A stretch of 61,232 nt of DNA from Klebsormidium nitens (taxonomy: Eukaryota; Plantae; Klebsormidiophyceae): positions 1 to 61,232 of the forward strand of contig DF237498.1 in NCBI GenBank assembly GCA_000708835.1. The letters run 5' to 3'. Positions within the stretch are counted from its first letter, which is position 1. Each line of letters begins with the position of its first letter. Position numbers and translations under genes: made by a program. The notes beneath the pieces are model-generated. The model saw nothing but the letters and a program-made list of their open reading frames with translations. It had not been told where the DNA came from and ran no database searches. This document shows, in pieces, positions 12,891-24,800 of this stretch.

Positions 12891-15800
12891 TCACGCCTTG
12901 ACGACGTAGACATCCCTCTGGATCTCCGTGTCGGGATGCTGCGGGTCGAAGAATTGCGCTGACGGCAGCAGTGACGACAGCAGGACGGCGTTCGTCAGCC
13001 CCGCGGGGGGGGACGGGCTCGCCACGTCAGCGCTAACCCCCCACCCGATGAAACCCAGGTAGTTAGTGTTGGAAAGCGGCTCAACGCAGGTGGTTAAGGT
13101 GCAGGTTTGCGCGCCCGGACCAGAGGGGGTGCAGCAGGAGAAGACGTAGGGGGAGCTGGTTATGACGGTAACCCCGGTGGATTTGTGCTGGGCGATGAGT
13201 AGGGGGACTCCCCCAGCGGTGACTTTGTCGAGGGCGTACCAGTCGAGGGTCTGGAAGGAGACGGAGGGGGGGACCTTGCTCTGGGCCTGGATCAGGCCGA
13301 CCTGTGGGGGGGGGCAAAAGGAAACGCGTTGGGGAGGGGGGGGGGGAGGACAACACGTTTGAATGTGATACGTTCCGGCTTTTGAGCGAAGCGGAAGATG
13401 AACGGGAGAGTCTCGCAGCTCAGTTTGACGGGAAGCGATTGAAGTCCCAGAATTGGAGTACAAGGCAGCATTTGAAAGGTCATACGCTTGTCACAATCTC
13501 CTGCATCGATCCCCTCAGAATTCGATGCAAACGGAACGGTCGGGTTCGGAGCAGCATACGCCGCTCATCGCACTTAGGAAGAGTCAAGGTACGTGCGTCA
13601 TTCTGAAACCACTTGAACAAATTTGAACCTGGGTCCAGCGATTCGGGTTGCTTGCTTGTAGATGAAAGAAAAGAAACAAGTGTAGATGAAAGAAGAACAA
13701 GAAGGAAAAGAAAAGGCAAACCTTCGTCAGCGTGGGGCAAAGGCTGCGTTCAGCTTTCCGACTTTGCTTGCACGAAGGCATATGCTTCGATCTTTTGACA
13801 TCCGACTACACGCTTCGATGGAAAAGCGCTCTATATGTATCGACCGGCGCTCAGTCATAAACCAACGTCAGGTCCGTAAGATCTCTCAGTAACCAGCCGA
13901 AGGTCGTCTACATTTTACAAATAAGGGCCATGACGGTGCAGTTCCCAGCACTTTGGTGCGAGTATGTTTTTGTCTCCACGAGAAGAAACACTCACACCGG
14001 AGGTCGGACCAGTTCTCGCAGATACAGGACCGAAAGAACCAGGATTACTATAATCTGGTACGACGATGAACTCGTCTCCAAGAAACGATGAAGCGTTGAA
14101 GATACGAATCAAAGGAATCTGCATGAGTTTGGTCCCACCAGAGTCTCGGCTTCATGATACGCAACACTCACGCTGCCAGCACTACAGGCCAGGATATTCT
14201 CGAACTACACTCTCCAAGAATCTGGTGCCACTATTCTTTGTTCCTTCTCTCAGGAAGCGACCCGAACAAACAAACACGAACAAAAGCCACTCACGCTTGC
14301 TGCGCTGTAGGTCAGGATGTTCTCCTTGACGAACCCTTGCAGGCGACCCGCCTGCGTGGCCACGGCCGCAAGGGTCGCCCCCGCGGTAATATAATAACGG
14401 AACTCCAACGTGCCTCCGTTGGCGGGGATTCCAACCGGCCGCTTGATGGTCTCGAGAATGTTCCCATAGACCGTGTTCGGGTCCAGGAACTTGCCGAACC
14501 GGACCTCGCACCCGAAGTTGGAGGGACCCCCCTCGAAGGGCGATTTGGGCGCGAACATGACGCCGAGCGCGCGCGCGAGCGGGCAGTTGGCGGAGGCGAA
14601 GGCCATCCAGCCGTTGGTCTGGGTGCCGCAGTTGAAGAGGCCCTGTGGGGGAGAGTCCGAACGGGTCAGCAAACCCCCCTTAGAGGAGAACCAAGTTTTC
14701 TCCGATCCATTTTTTACCTTCAAAACCGGAAGGGGCTGCCGCCTCCCCGAGCCCCCCCGCTTTTTCCTCTCTGGCCCTTTGTTCTCATTGCATGTGAGGG
14801 GTCGACAACTTGGAGCGCTTCTGAATGCACAATGGTGGAGGCGAAGGCCATCCAGCGGTTGGTCTGGGTGCCGCAGTTGAAGAGGCCCCGTGGAGAGAGT
14901 GACGTTGTGAACCGGTTAGCAAGCCCCTTCTGGAACGATAGNNNNNNNNNNNNNNNNNNNNNNNNNNNNNNNNNNNNNNNNNNNNNNNNNNNNNNNNNNN
15001 NNNNNNNNNNNNNNNNNNNNNNNNNNNNNNNNNNNNNNNNNNNNNNNNNNNNNNNNNNNNNNNNNNNNNNNNNNNNNNNNNNNNNNNNNNNNNNNNNNNN
15101 NNNNNNNNNNNNNNNNNNNNNNNNNNNNNNNNNNNNNNNNNNNNNNNNNNNNNNNNNNNNNNNNNNNNNNNNNNNNNNNNNNNNNNNNNNNNNNNNNNNN
15201 NNNNNNNNNNNNNNNNNNNNNNNNNNNNNNNNNNNNNNNNNNNNNNNNNNNNNNNNNNNNNNNNNNNNNNNNNNNNNNNNNNNNNNNNNNNNNNNNNNNN
15301 NNNNNNNNNNNNNNNNNNNNNNNNNNNNNNNNNNNNNNNNNNNNNNNNNNNNNNNNNNNNNNNNNNNNNNNNNNNNNNNNNNNNNNNNNNNNNNNNNNNN
15401 NNNNNNNNNNNNNNNNNNNNNNNNNNNNNNNNNNNNNNNNNNNNNNNNNNNNNNNNNNNNNNNNNNNNNNNNNNNNNNNNNNNNNNNNNNNNNNNNNNNN
15501 NNNNNNNNNNNNNNNNNNNNNNNNNNNNNNNNNNNNNNNNNNNNNNNNNNNNNNNNNNNNNNNNNNNNNNNNNNNNNNNNNNNNNNNNNNNNNNNNNNNN
15601 NNNNNNNNNNNNNNNNNNNNNNNNNNNNNNNNNNNNNNNNNNNNNNNNNNNNNNNNNNNNNNNNNNNNNNNNNNNNNNNNNNNNNNNNNNNNNNNNNNNN
15701 NNNNNNNNNNNNNNNNNNNNNNNNNNNNNNNNNNNNNNNNNNNNNNNNNNNNNNNNNNNNNNNNNNNNNNNNNNNNNNNNNNNNNNNNNNNNNNNNNNNN

Positions 15801-18800
15801 NNNNNNNNNNNNNNNNNNNNNNNNNNGATGGTTTGGGACGGTTTCCTCTGCGTTGTGACGGAAGTGAAGGGCATCCAGCCGTTGGTCTGGGTGCCGCAGT
15901 TCGAAGAGGCCCTGCGGGGGGGGATAGTTTGGACGGGTTAGAAAGCGTTTTACGGAAAAGAGGTGAAAGAACCCAGAGTGTTTTTGAGTGAACTGTGGCG
16001 AGCCGAGGCCCTCCAGCTGTTCAGTTGTGCCGGAGTTGAAGAGGTCCTGCGGGGGGGATACTCTACCGCTCAAAAGCCCCTCGGAACGAGAGTGTTTCGT
16101 CCCCTCAAGATTTTCAGTAGTAGAAGGCCGTCCGGCCGCGCTTTTGGCTGCCGCAGTTGAAGAGGCTCTTTTGGGGAAGGGAGCTATACCAATAAATACC
16201 GCCTGGGGCAAGAGGCGTTTCTGAGAAACAACAGTGGTCTGCAGGATCCGAGCAATCATTCCAGAGAAACTGAGCCCCCGCCTGGTCCCCGGTGCCTTCC
16301 CACAGGTATGCTGACTCTTTGAGGCAGAGATTTCGACTTTCTTCAAAACCAAGTGGTCGGCGGCAACTTCCAAGCAAAAAAAATACAAAAAGATAAAATA
16401 GAAAGACCCTCACCTGGTCCCCGGTGCCTTCCCCCGGGTACGCGTAGTTCCAGCACTGCCCGGTGGGGCAGCTCGCGTGGTTGTAGTACTCGCACGCCTC
16501 CCAGAAACAACAGTTGTTGGCGGCAAAAATCCAAGATAAGTTTTTTAGAATTAGACCCTCACCTGGTCCCCGGTGCCTTCCCCCGGGTAGGCGTAGTTCC
16601 AGCACTGCTCGGTGGGGCAGCTCGCGTGGTTGTAGTACTTGCATCCGCCGGGGCAGCCCGTGTCGGGCGAGATTCTGCTGGTGGGCACCGAAAGGGCGTA
16701 GTGGGTCAGGTCGGGGCAGTAACCCAGGCCCTGCCACGGCAGGTCGATGTAGTCCACGGGCACACTGCGGGGAAGAAAAAAACAAGGTTAATTTTCGTGG
16801 TTTGATAACCGGATTTTACTTGGGACTAAATGGGGTAGTGGGTGAGGTCGGGGCAATAACCCAGGCCCTGCCACGGCAGGTTGATGTAATCCACGGGGAC
16901 ACTGGGGATAGAGAAAGTTAAGGGTTAGGATTTGACGTTTGAAACCAAACATTCAGTTAGGGCTGAAAGCGAGGTTCGATAACCGGCAATTCAGTCAGGT
17001 CGAAATGCGTAGTGGGTGAGGTCGGGCAATAACCCAGGCCCTGCCACGGGAGGTCGATCGTGTAGTCCACGGGCACGCTGCCGGGGGGGGGAAAGAGACG
17101 GTCTTGATAACCGGGAAATGGTTAAGATCGAGATTTGCGTAGTGGGTTAGGTTAGATAGAAGCCCAGGCCCTGCCACGGGAGGTTGATGTAATCCACGGG
17201 GACGCTGCGGGGGAGAAAACGTACGAGGTTATGTTTTGTGGTTTGACAATCAGGTTTTAGTGCTGAATGGGTCAGGTCGGGGCAATAACCCAGGCCCTGC
17301 CACGGGAGGTCGATGTAGTCCACGGGAACACAGCGAGGGGGGGAAAGCAAGGGTTTAGTTGACGGAGCTGATAAGGACTGAAAGTGCGTGGTGGATTTCA
17401 GAACGGGGCAATAACCCAGGCCCTGCCACGGGAGGTCAATGCACTCCACGAGGAGGCCTGGGGGGGGGGAGAAAAGTCAAGTTCAGAATGAGGTTCAGAT
17501 TGAGGTTACCGAAAATCTGGTCANNNNNNNNNNNNNNNNNNNNNNNNNNNNNNNNNNNNNNNNNNNNNNNNNNNNNNNNNNNNNNNNNNNNNNNNNNNNN
17601 NNNNNNNNNNNNNNNNNNNNNNNNNNNNNNNNNNNNNNNNNNNNNNNNNNNNNNNNNNNNNNNNNNNNNNNNNNNNNNNNNNNNNNNNNNNNNNNNNNNN
17701 NNNNNNNNNNNNNNNNNNNNNNNNNNNNNNNNNNNNNNNNNNNNNTGAGGTTACCGAAAATCTGGTCAGGACCGAAAGTGCATAGTGGGTCAGGTCGGGG
17801 CAGCCCTGCCACGGGGTTCGGTGCAGTCGACGGGCACGCTGGGAGGGGACGAAAAGAAGAGCATTTTGGTCTCGAGATTCAGTAACGGGAGGATTCAGTT
17901 CGGTTTGAAGGCAGATGCAGGTCGAAATCTCGTCTCGCCGTCTTGCTTTTCTGCAAGTCAACCTATCCTTGATCCTGCAACGTAGCAATCTTAGGCATCA
18001 TCTTGAGAAAAGACACGGCAGGGGATCTAGTTGACAAGGAGATCAAGGTCTGGGGTCTTGACAATTGAGGTTTTTGAGATTGAAATCAAGGGAAGAGCGA
18101 CGGCCAAAAATAATCCCCTCCCTTCTCGCGGGTCAAACGTCGAATGTTCGATATCCGATATCCGATATGCGACATTAAGGGAAGCATATTCTTCCCTGCC
18201 CAAAGGCTCCGTGGCTTGGGAAAGGTAGGATTGCAAATCTGGTCCTTTCCAAAGAGACAATTAGCAGAGTCTTGTCCGAGAGAGAGAGGCGAGCAGATTG
18301 GGATGTTCACGTGTTGGGAATCTCAGTCGGCTGCTGCTCCAGAGATGCCAACGAAACTTTAAGGTGGGCACGCTTAAGTAGAAAGACAAGTGATAGAGCG
18401 GAATCCGAGTACACCGTCTCGATCATGAACAGAGCAGCAACCTGTCCCTGCTTGGATTGCTCAGTGTTTGCTGTTAGGTTGCTAACAGGACAGAACCCGC
18501 CATCCGTCTGCATAAATGCCAGGCAAACCCTCAGTAAACCCATTTCTGGACCAACATCAAGGCTTCAAATGCGTTGTTCTAGAACTCACGTGCCCACGTT
18601 GGTCCAGATCCAGGTTAGCTCAAACGAGCCCTGACCCACGTCGCGGATCCAGGTTTGGAGGTACAGGTTTGAGCGGTACCGCTTGTCGCCACCGAAATCG
18701 ATTCCGGTGAATTCCGGTCGGGGCCACGAAAGGAGCGCCACCCCGTCTCCCCCGGGGGAGACTTGGCTGCACGGGGAAGACAACCGGGCACTTCAGTCGG

Positions 18801-21800
18801 CGAAATAATCAGCTCACTTGCAGCAGGAACACTGCTTGAGAACTGAGAGTTGTTCGTGTAAGGATGAGGGGAGTGACGAGGAGCAAGAGTTCCTTGCCCG
18901 CTTATGGAAGCAAAAGGGTGGAAAGGGATAGGACGTACAGGGAGCCTTAAGAGTATAAATAAGAGGAGATTCTATAACGAAAGACGAGATCCGAACGATC
19001 CTTGTGCAGGATTGAAACAGACGAGTTGGTATCGAGGGGCGAGTCACAGAAACCGTGATGAGAAAATGGTCCTAGAGCGAGCAAAACTCTTCAGATTTGT
19101 GGGCACTGCTTTTGAAGAAGAGCAAACCCATCTTTGTTGCATCCAGTGAGACGTTGACTGAACGCTGCTCCCCAATCAGAAGAAGCAGAAATATAATCTC
19201 AAGTCGAGGTGCAAGTTTGCAAGAGGCAGAGTCCTTATTTGAAAGTGTCTCCCCAGAAACAACCGTTTCCTGTGGTTATCCCCGTTCCTTTCTGCGAATA
19301 TCGAAGAGACTTTGTCATTGACTGGAGTACTCCTAAGACACGCAGTGTTTGCTTGGGTTAACAAAAACCCGGTTCCATGATTGGGTTGCGAGTGCTTACT
19401 TGCCGAGCAGCGGAGCATAGGTCGGTCCGTTTCCGCCCGCCTGATGGAAGTTCCACTCACAAGGAACCGGAGGGTTACCGCACAAAGCGTTGCTGAGGCC
19501 GGTGTTATAAGCTATGCTCTGGATGACGCGGTCCGTAAACGCGGCGAACGAAGCTGCCGCGGGGCCGATCAGATTGGCACCGTTGAAGCCGTTGCTGGTT
19601 GACGAGAGGTAGTAGATCTGCGTGAGTGTCAAGAGCGCGTGTAAGTTGGTGGCGAGGTGGCGAAAGGCTGCATGGGCTATGGCAGAAGATTATACGCTCT
19701 TCGAGCCACGTCCTGATGTGCTTACGGAATCACTCGGGATTGACTTTGCTATTATCGTCTTGGTGTTGGTGCCTTTGTTTCTCTTGTTGGTTCAAACTTG
19801 TCACTATGAACGCAGCGCAACTCATCCGTACTGGACAATTCCTTACACGACAAAAGCGCTCTCCTTTTCCATTGTTCCTATTCCTCCCCCACCCCCTCCA
19901 AACGCTCTCTTCCCTGCCCCCCGTTCCGATCCGGATCGTCCACTGCGCGCCGTCCCCGCACGCGGACGTGTGCTCGAGCGTCCGGAAAAACGCTTGGCCG
20001 TTCCTCTAATAAGAGCAAAAAAAAAAGGCAAAAACGTTTCATCTTTCGAAACTCCCGCTTCTAAACGCGCTCTTACCTGCCCCCCCGTTCCGATCCGGAT
20101 CTTCCACTGGGCGCCGTCCCCGCACGCGGACGTGTGCTCGAGCGTCCGGAAGAACGCCTGGTCGTCCGAAATGCCGACCGAGACCACTGGCGGGCTGTTG
20201 CTCGTGCCGATCACCGTACACGTGGCGGCCGATCCGCCTGCCGACGTGGCAAACGGCGACGGCAGGTAGAAGTAGCTGTTGGTGACTTGCTTGCCGGCGA
20301 CAGTGCCCCCGCCGGCGCTGTTCTGGGGGGTGTTCGGGTTAGCGACGCCAGTGCCAGACTGGCCCCCCCCGGAAGCTGCAAATCGAGAATTTGACGATCT
20401 CTACTCTCCGGAAACTCACGATTGCTTTTAGGGCCGCTCGGTTTGACGTGAGCACCAGGGGAACGTGTTGCGTTTGATCAGCGGTTAGTGTGGGTATGGG
20501 TGCGGAGCGCGTGATAATCTGGGTTAGAAATTTCTGTTCAAGTACCCAACGCTTATGTATCATGGAACAATCTTCTGCATGTCATTACAATCTAAAATCA
20601 CCAGAATCATGCCTTCGACAAATGATCTGAAATCGACACACGTGTCTGGTCGTATACGTCATCTGGGTGAAGAACGCGTCGGGGGGGGTCGGTTGTGGCC
20701 AGTTGATGTTGAGGAGGCACCCCCGTCGAGGCTCAAATTATGAAGGAGGACAGAGATGACGTGGCAATCAAACAAACGAACAGAACGTGCCTGAAGCGCA
20801 CTGATGGCAGTTCCTAGTCCTTGATCATAGCAGGGCTTTCGCTGCATGAGATTTGCACGGATGCCAGATCTTGTACGACGGGATTCGTCGAAAATCAAGC
20901 GGAAATTCTCGATTCAAAGCTCGCTCCTTCCACCATCGGAGTGGGTCAGCAAAGCCCCTTGCTAAAAAGCTCGGAAAGATTGGACACGCGACATTGAGTA
21001 GACAGTATTGAACCGCACTCGAGATGCAGGGTTTTTGAAAATCAGGGAGGGGCCCTTGAATGTCACCGCAAAGAGCCAACGCAGCCAATTGGATCCTTTG
21101 CAAACGGAGGAGAAGTAAGCGTAATAACAGATTACCAGCCCCACAAGAAGGTATCAGCTCAATATTTCATCGGAAGATCCATCGGCACCTCCGAGGAAAC
21201 TGTCTTCGCAGTTCTCAACCCCAGCGGTTTCCGGATGTTGACAGCGTCACTCAATAGTGTGGTGGAGAGAAGGACTGAAGAAAGCAACGAGTCGAAGCAA
21301 CAAGGCGAAGGGAAGATGGTCGTAAGAAAGTGGAACAAAAATCCGGAGCGGAATCAGCGGACAAGCGGAAGAGCCAACCTTGGAGGAGGCAGACAAAAGA
21401 AACTCCAAATTGGGGGATCCCCTCACCTGACGGTCGCGTGGACGTGGGGGTCTTGTACGGCTTGTCCGGCAGGGGGGTGATTAGATTACGCCCAGCGGAA
21501 CTAGGGGGCGGGAAGTTTTCATTGCCGACGAATCCCGTTGGGGGGGGGTTGCCGCACGCGGCCCCCGTGGTTTCGACACAAGAAGCGTCCGGGGGCGCTG
21601 AGGTCGGAGTCGGGTTTGGGGTCGGGTTTGGGGTCGGGTTTGGGGTCGGGTTTGGGACACCGGGGGATCCCCCGGGGCAGGAGGGAGTGGTGCCGGGGGA
21701 GGAGGAGCATACCCCGGAGCAGCAGATGAACTTGGAGCCGTCGGATCCGTAGCACCTGCGGTAGAGTTCCAATTCTATGCTTCAACGGAACTATTGTCCC

Positions 21801-24800
21801 TGCAATGAGGTTCGACTTATGAATTATAAGCTCCGTGGAGGGGAGGATTATTCTACCAAGCAAAGAAGGACTGAAGTCCGGATCCAGATACGCACGCGCT
21901 CCTCAAGCAAATCCACCCGCCCCCCGGGCTTGACACGAAATTATGCAAACGGAAAATTTCTCAACGAAAGCGAACGGCTTCTGCAACGGCTTCTGCAACT
22001 GCGAACGTTCAGATTTGAGCTCGAGGGACGTTGGTATGAAACGGACGGTCGAGACTGAGTGTGGTCAAGAGAGCGGAATTTTAGTCGTGGTTGGGAAGTT
22101 CAATTTTTCCGGTAACTCAGCTGGCAAAAGGTGCAATCGAGGTTCTGCGGAGACCTTTTCGAACTTCAGTTGTGGAAGCTGACTTGCAGCACAACTGGCC
22201 CAATCTACGGGAGAGGATTCTGGCATAGGAACCACGATTTATGATATCTGGGACGATTTAAGGATGATCACAAGGGAAGTTTGGTAATTTCTGGTCTGAG
22301 AAGGCAATCACACAGCTCCGAGCTTGAACCACTCTTCAGCAACTTCGACTCTCTGAGCAAGCAGAACGCGAACAGCCTTCATACCCCGCGCCTTTATTCC
22401 TCGGGTTCGTCTCACATCCCCCCCTTGACTGAATTTCTTCACTTCCCTTCCCTTGATTTCCATTCTTTCTTTCCCTCTGTTCCCCCTCATGCAAACGGCG
22501 TCGAGCACTTCTTCCACTAAAAAAACCGCTTAAAAGGTCGCGAAATCGACCCCCTTTGCGTCTTTTTGATTTTCCAACTTCCATGAGAGGAGTCTTTAAA
22601 CTCACGGGTTTGGCGACGCCGGGAAGTCCGTGAAGCAGTTGACGTTGGCGCCCGTGTTGAAAACCGGGGACGAAGAAGGGGAGCCGCTGGTGGGTGCGTT
22701 TGTGGGGGGGTTGGTTGTGGGGGCAGTCGTGGGGGCAGTTGTGGGCGCACTTGTGGGGGGGGCATTTGTGGGGCCACTCGTCGGGGGGGGGTNNNNNNNN
22801 NNNNNNNNNNNNNNNNNNNNNNNNNNNNNNNNNNNNNNNNNNNNNNNNNNNNNNNNNNNNNNNNNNNNNNNNNNNNNNNNNNNNNNNNNNNNNNNNNNNN
22901 NNNNNNNNNNNNNNNNNNNNNNNNNNNNNNNNNNNNNNNNNNNNNNNNNNNNNNNNNNNNNNNNNNNNNNNNNNNNNNNNNNNNNNNNNNNNNNNNNNNN
23001 NNNNNNNNNNNNNNNNNNNNNNNNNNNNNNNNNNNNNNNNNNNNNNNNNNNNNNNNNNNNNNNNNNNNNNNNNNNNNNNNNNNNNNNNNNNNNNNNNNNN
23101 NNNNNNNNNNNNNNNNNNNNNNNNNNNNNNNNNNNNNNNNNNNNNNNNNNNNNNNNNNNNNNNNNNNNNNNNNNNNNNNNNNNNNNNNNNNNNNNNNNNN
23201 NNNNNNNNNNNNNNNNNNNNNNNNNNNNNNNNNNNNNNNNNNNNNNNNNNNNNNNNNNNNNNNNNNNNNNNNNNNNNNNNNNNNNNNNNNNNNNNNNNNN
23301 NNNNNNNNNNNNNNNNNNNNNNNNNNNNNNNNNNNNNNNNNNNNNNNNNNNNNNNNNNNNNNNNNNNNNNNNNNNNNNNNNNNNNNNNNNNNNNNNCATT
23401 TGGTGGGGCCACTCGTCGGGGGGGGTTTGATGGGCTTGGAGTCGTGGTGATGGACCCCCCCGGACAGAAAGGCGTGTCGCTTGGGGTGCCGGAACACGTT
23501 CCGGTGCAGCAGGCAAACTTGCTGCCGTCAGAGCTGTAACAGCTGTGGCGCACAAATGGGGGGTTCAGTGCGAAGCCCACGTTTCGCAAAGAGGGCCCAA
23601 AGCAGAGCCTTCAGAAACGAACGGTTTTTCCTTTACGAAGGGTTGCATGGAGCAGATTTGCGTCCCCGAGTGATCTTGAAGTCTGGTTGCGTGTTCCTTT
23701 ATTGAGGGACAACTCTCTTGTCTGCAAAAGAGCCTGTTATTCCATTTTTGCGGACTGTTTGAAAGGAAAGGCCTTACAACCTGTGTGCACTGCCCTTTTA
23801 TGAATTGCGGACAACTCCCTTCCATAAGTTGGAAGCTTTCTTGTTTGGCAAAGATCGAGACACTGCGCTCAAGCCCCGACCGTTTCCATAACTCAGAGAG
23901 TCTGTGCGACGTACTCTCTACGATTGCACAGCAAGAGTGGAGGGGGGAAAATGCAGGATTACGGATGGCACAAATTTGAAAGGCTGAAATTTGCAAGGCT
24001 GACACGATGAGAAGAGGGTCGAGGACAAGCGCATAACGTCACTGCTGGAAGCTTACGCGTTAGGGGCAGATGGGTAGTCTGTGAAGCAGTTCACGTTGGC
24101 ACCAGTGTTGAAAATCGGGGTCCCGCTTATTGGCCCACTTGTTGGGGGGGGGTTGGTGGGCCCACTTGTTTGGGGGGGGTTAGTCGGCCCGCTCGTCGGG
24201 GGGGGGTTGGTCGGCCCACTGGTCGGGGGGGGATTTGACCCCCCCGGGCAAGACACAACGGCCCCTGGGTTGTTGCCACATTGCCCGGCACAGCAGACGA
24301 ACTGGCTGCCATCAGCGTTGTAACAGCTGCAAAGCAAGCACTTTTTCGAAGTCAGGAGGTTCGGAGTGTCAAGTTATTGCTGTCGTGTGAACCTAAGACC
24401 GGAACACGAACTGTTGGACTTTGCGGAGACATGACCGTTTCAGCTTGATAAAATGTGCAGGAGAGTCATCCGTTGAAGTTTGAAATGGGGTAGAATGTAC
24501 ACATTGTCAAGCAAAGGTTTCACTTTGGGGAGGCAACAAATGCAAGACTAGCAACTGCAATAACAAGACCAACTAAAGGGTAGCTAAAGGTAGATAGGAC
24601 CAGAAAATACAGAAGGTGAGAGGAGACAACCAGAGAGAAGTGATGGAAAGAGGTGGAAAAGGGGAAGGTGGATGGGATTATGGTGGACATGTGGGTGTTA
24701 TGGGGGTTTGTCACTGAATTAGTGGTGGTTTTTGGGGTTTGCCATTGGGATAGTGGTCTACATTGAATAAAGGAGCAAGCTTACGTGTTTGGGGTGGCAG

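Noticed and set aside
19455-19465. Strong-looking gtgagt donor after ..NPPVP
   Set aside because: It gives phase 1 and breaks the frame. Reading on to the gtaagc donor at 19399 gives phase 2, joins exon 18766 and keeps the FHQAG..YAPLL motif.
24520-24714. Hydrophobic ORF as the signal-peptide exon of gene 2
   Set aside because: It derives from low-complexity purine-rich DNA. Exons 26778-26656 and 24837-24785 give a better signal peptide, an RKLLQ motif and strong splice sites.
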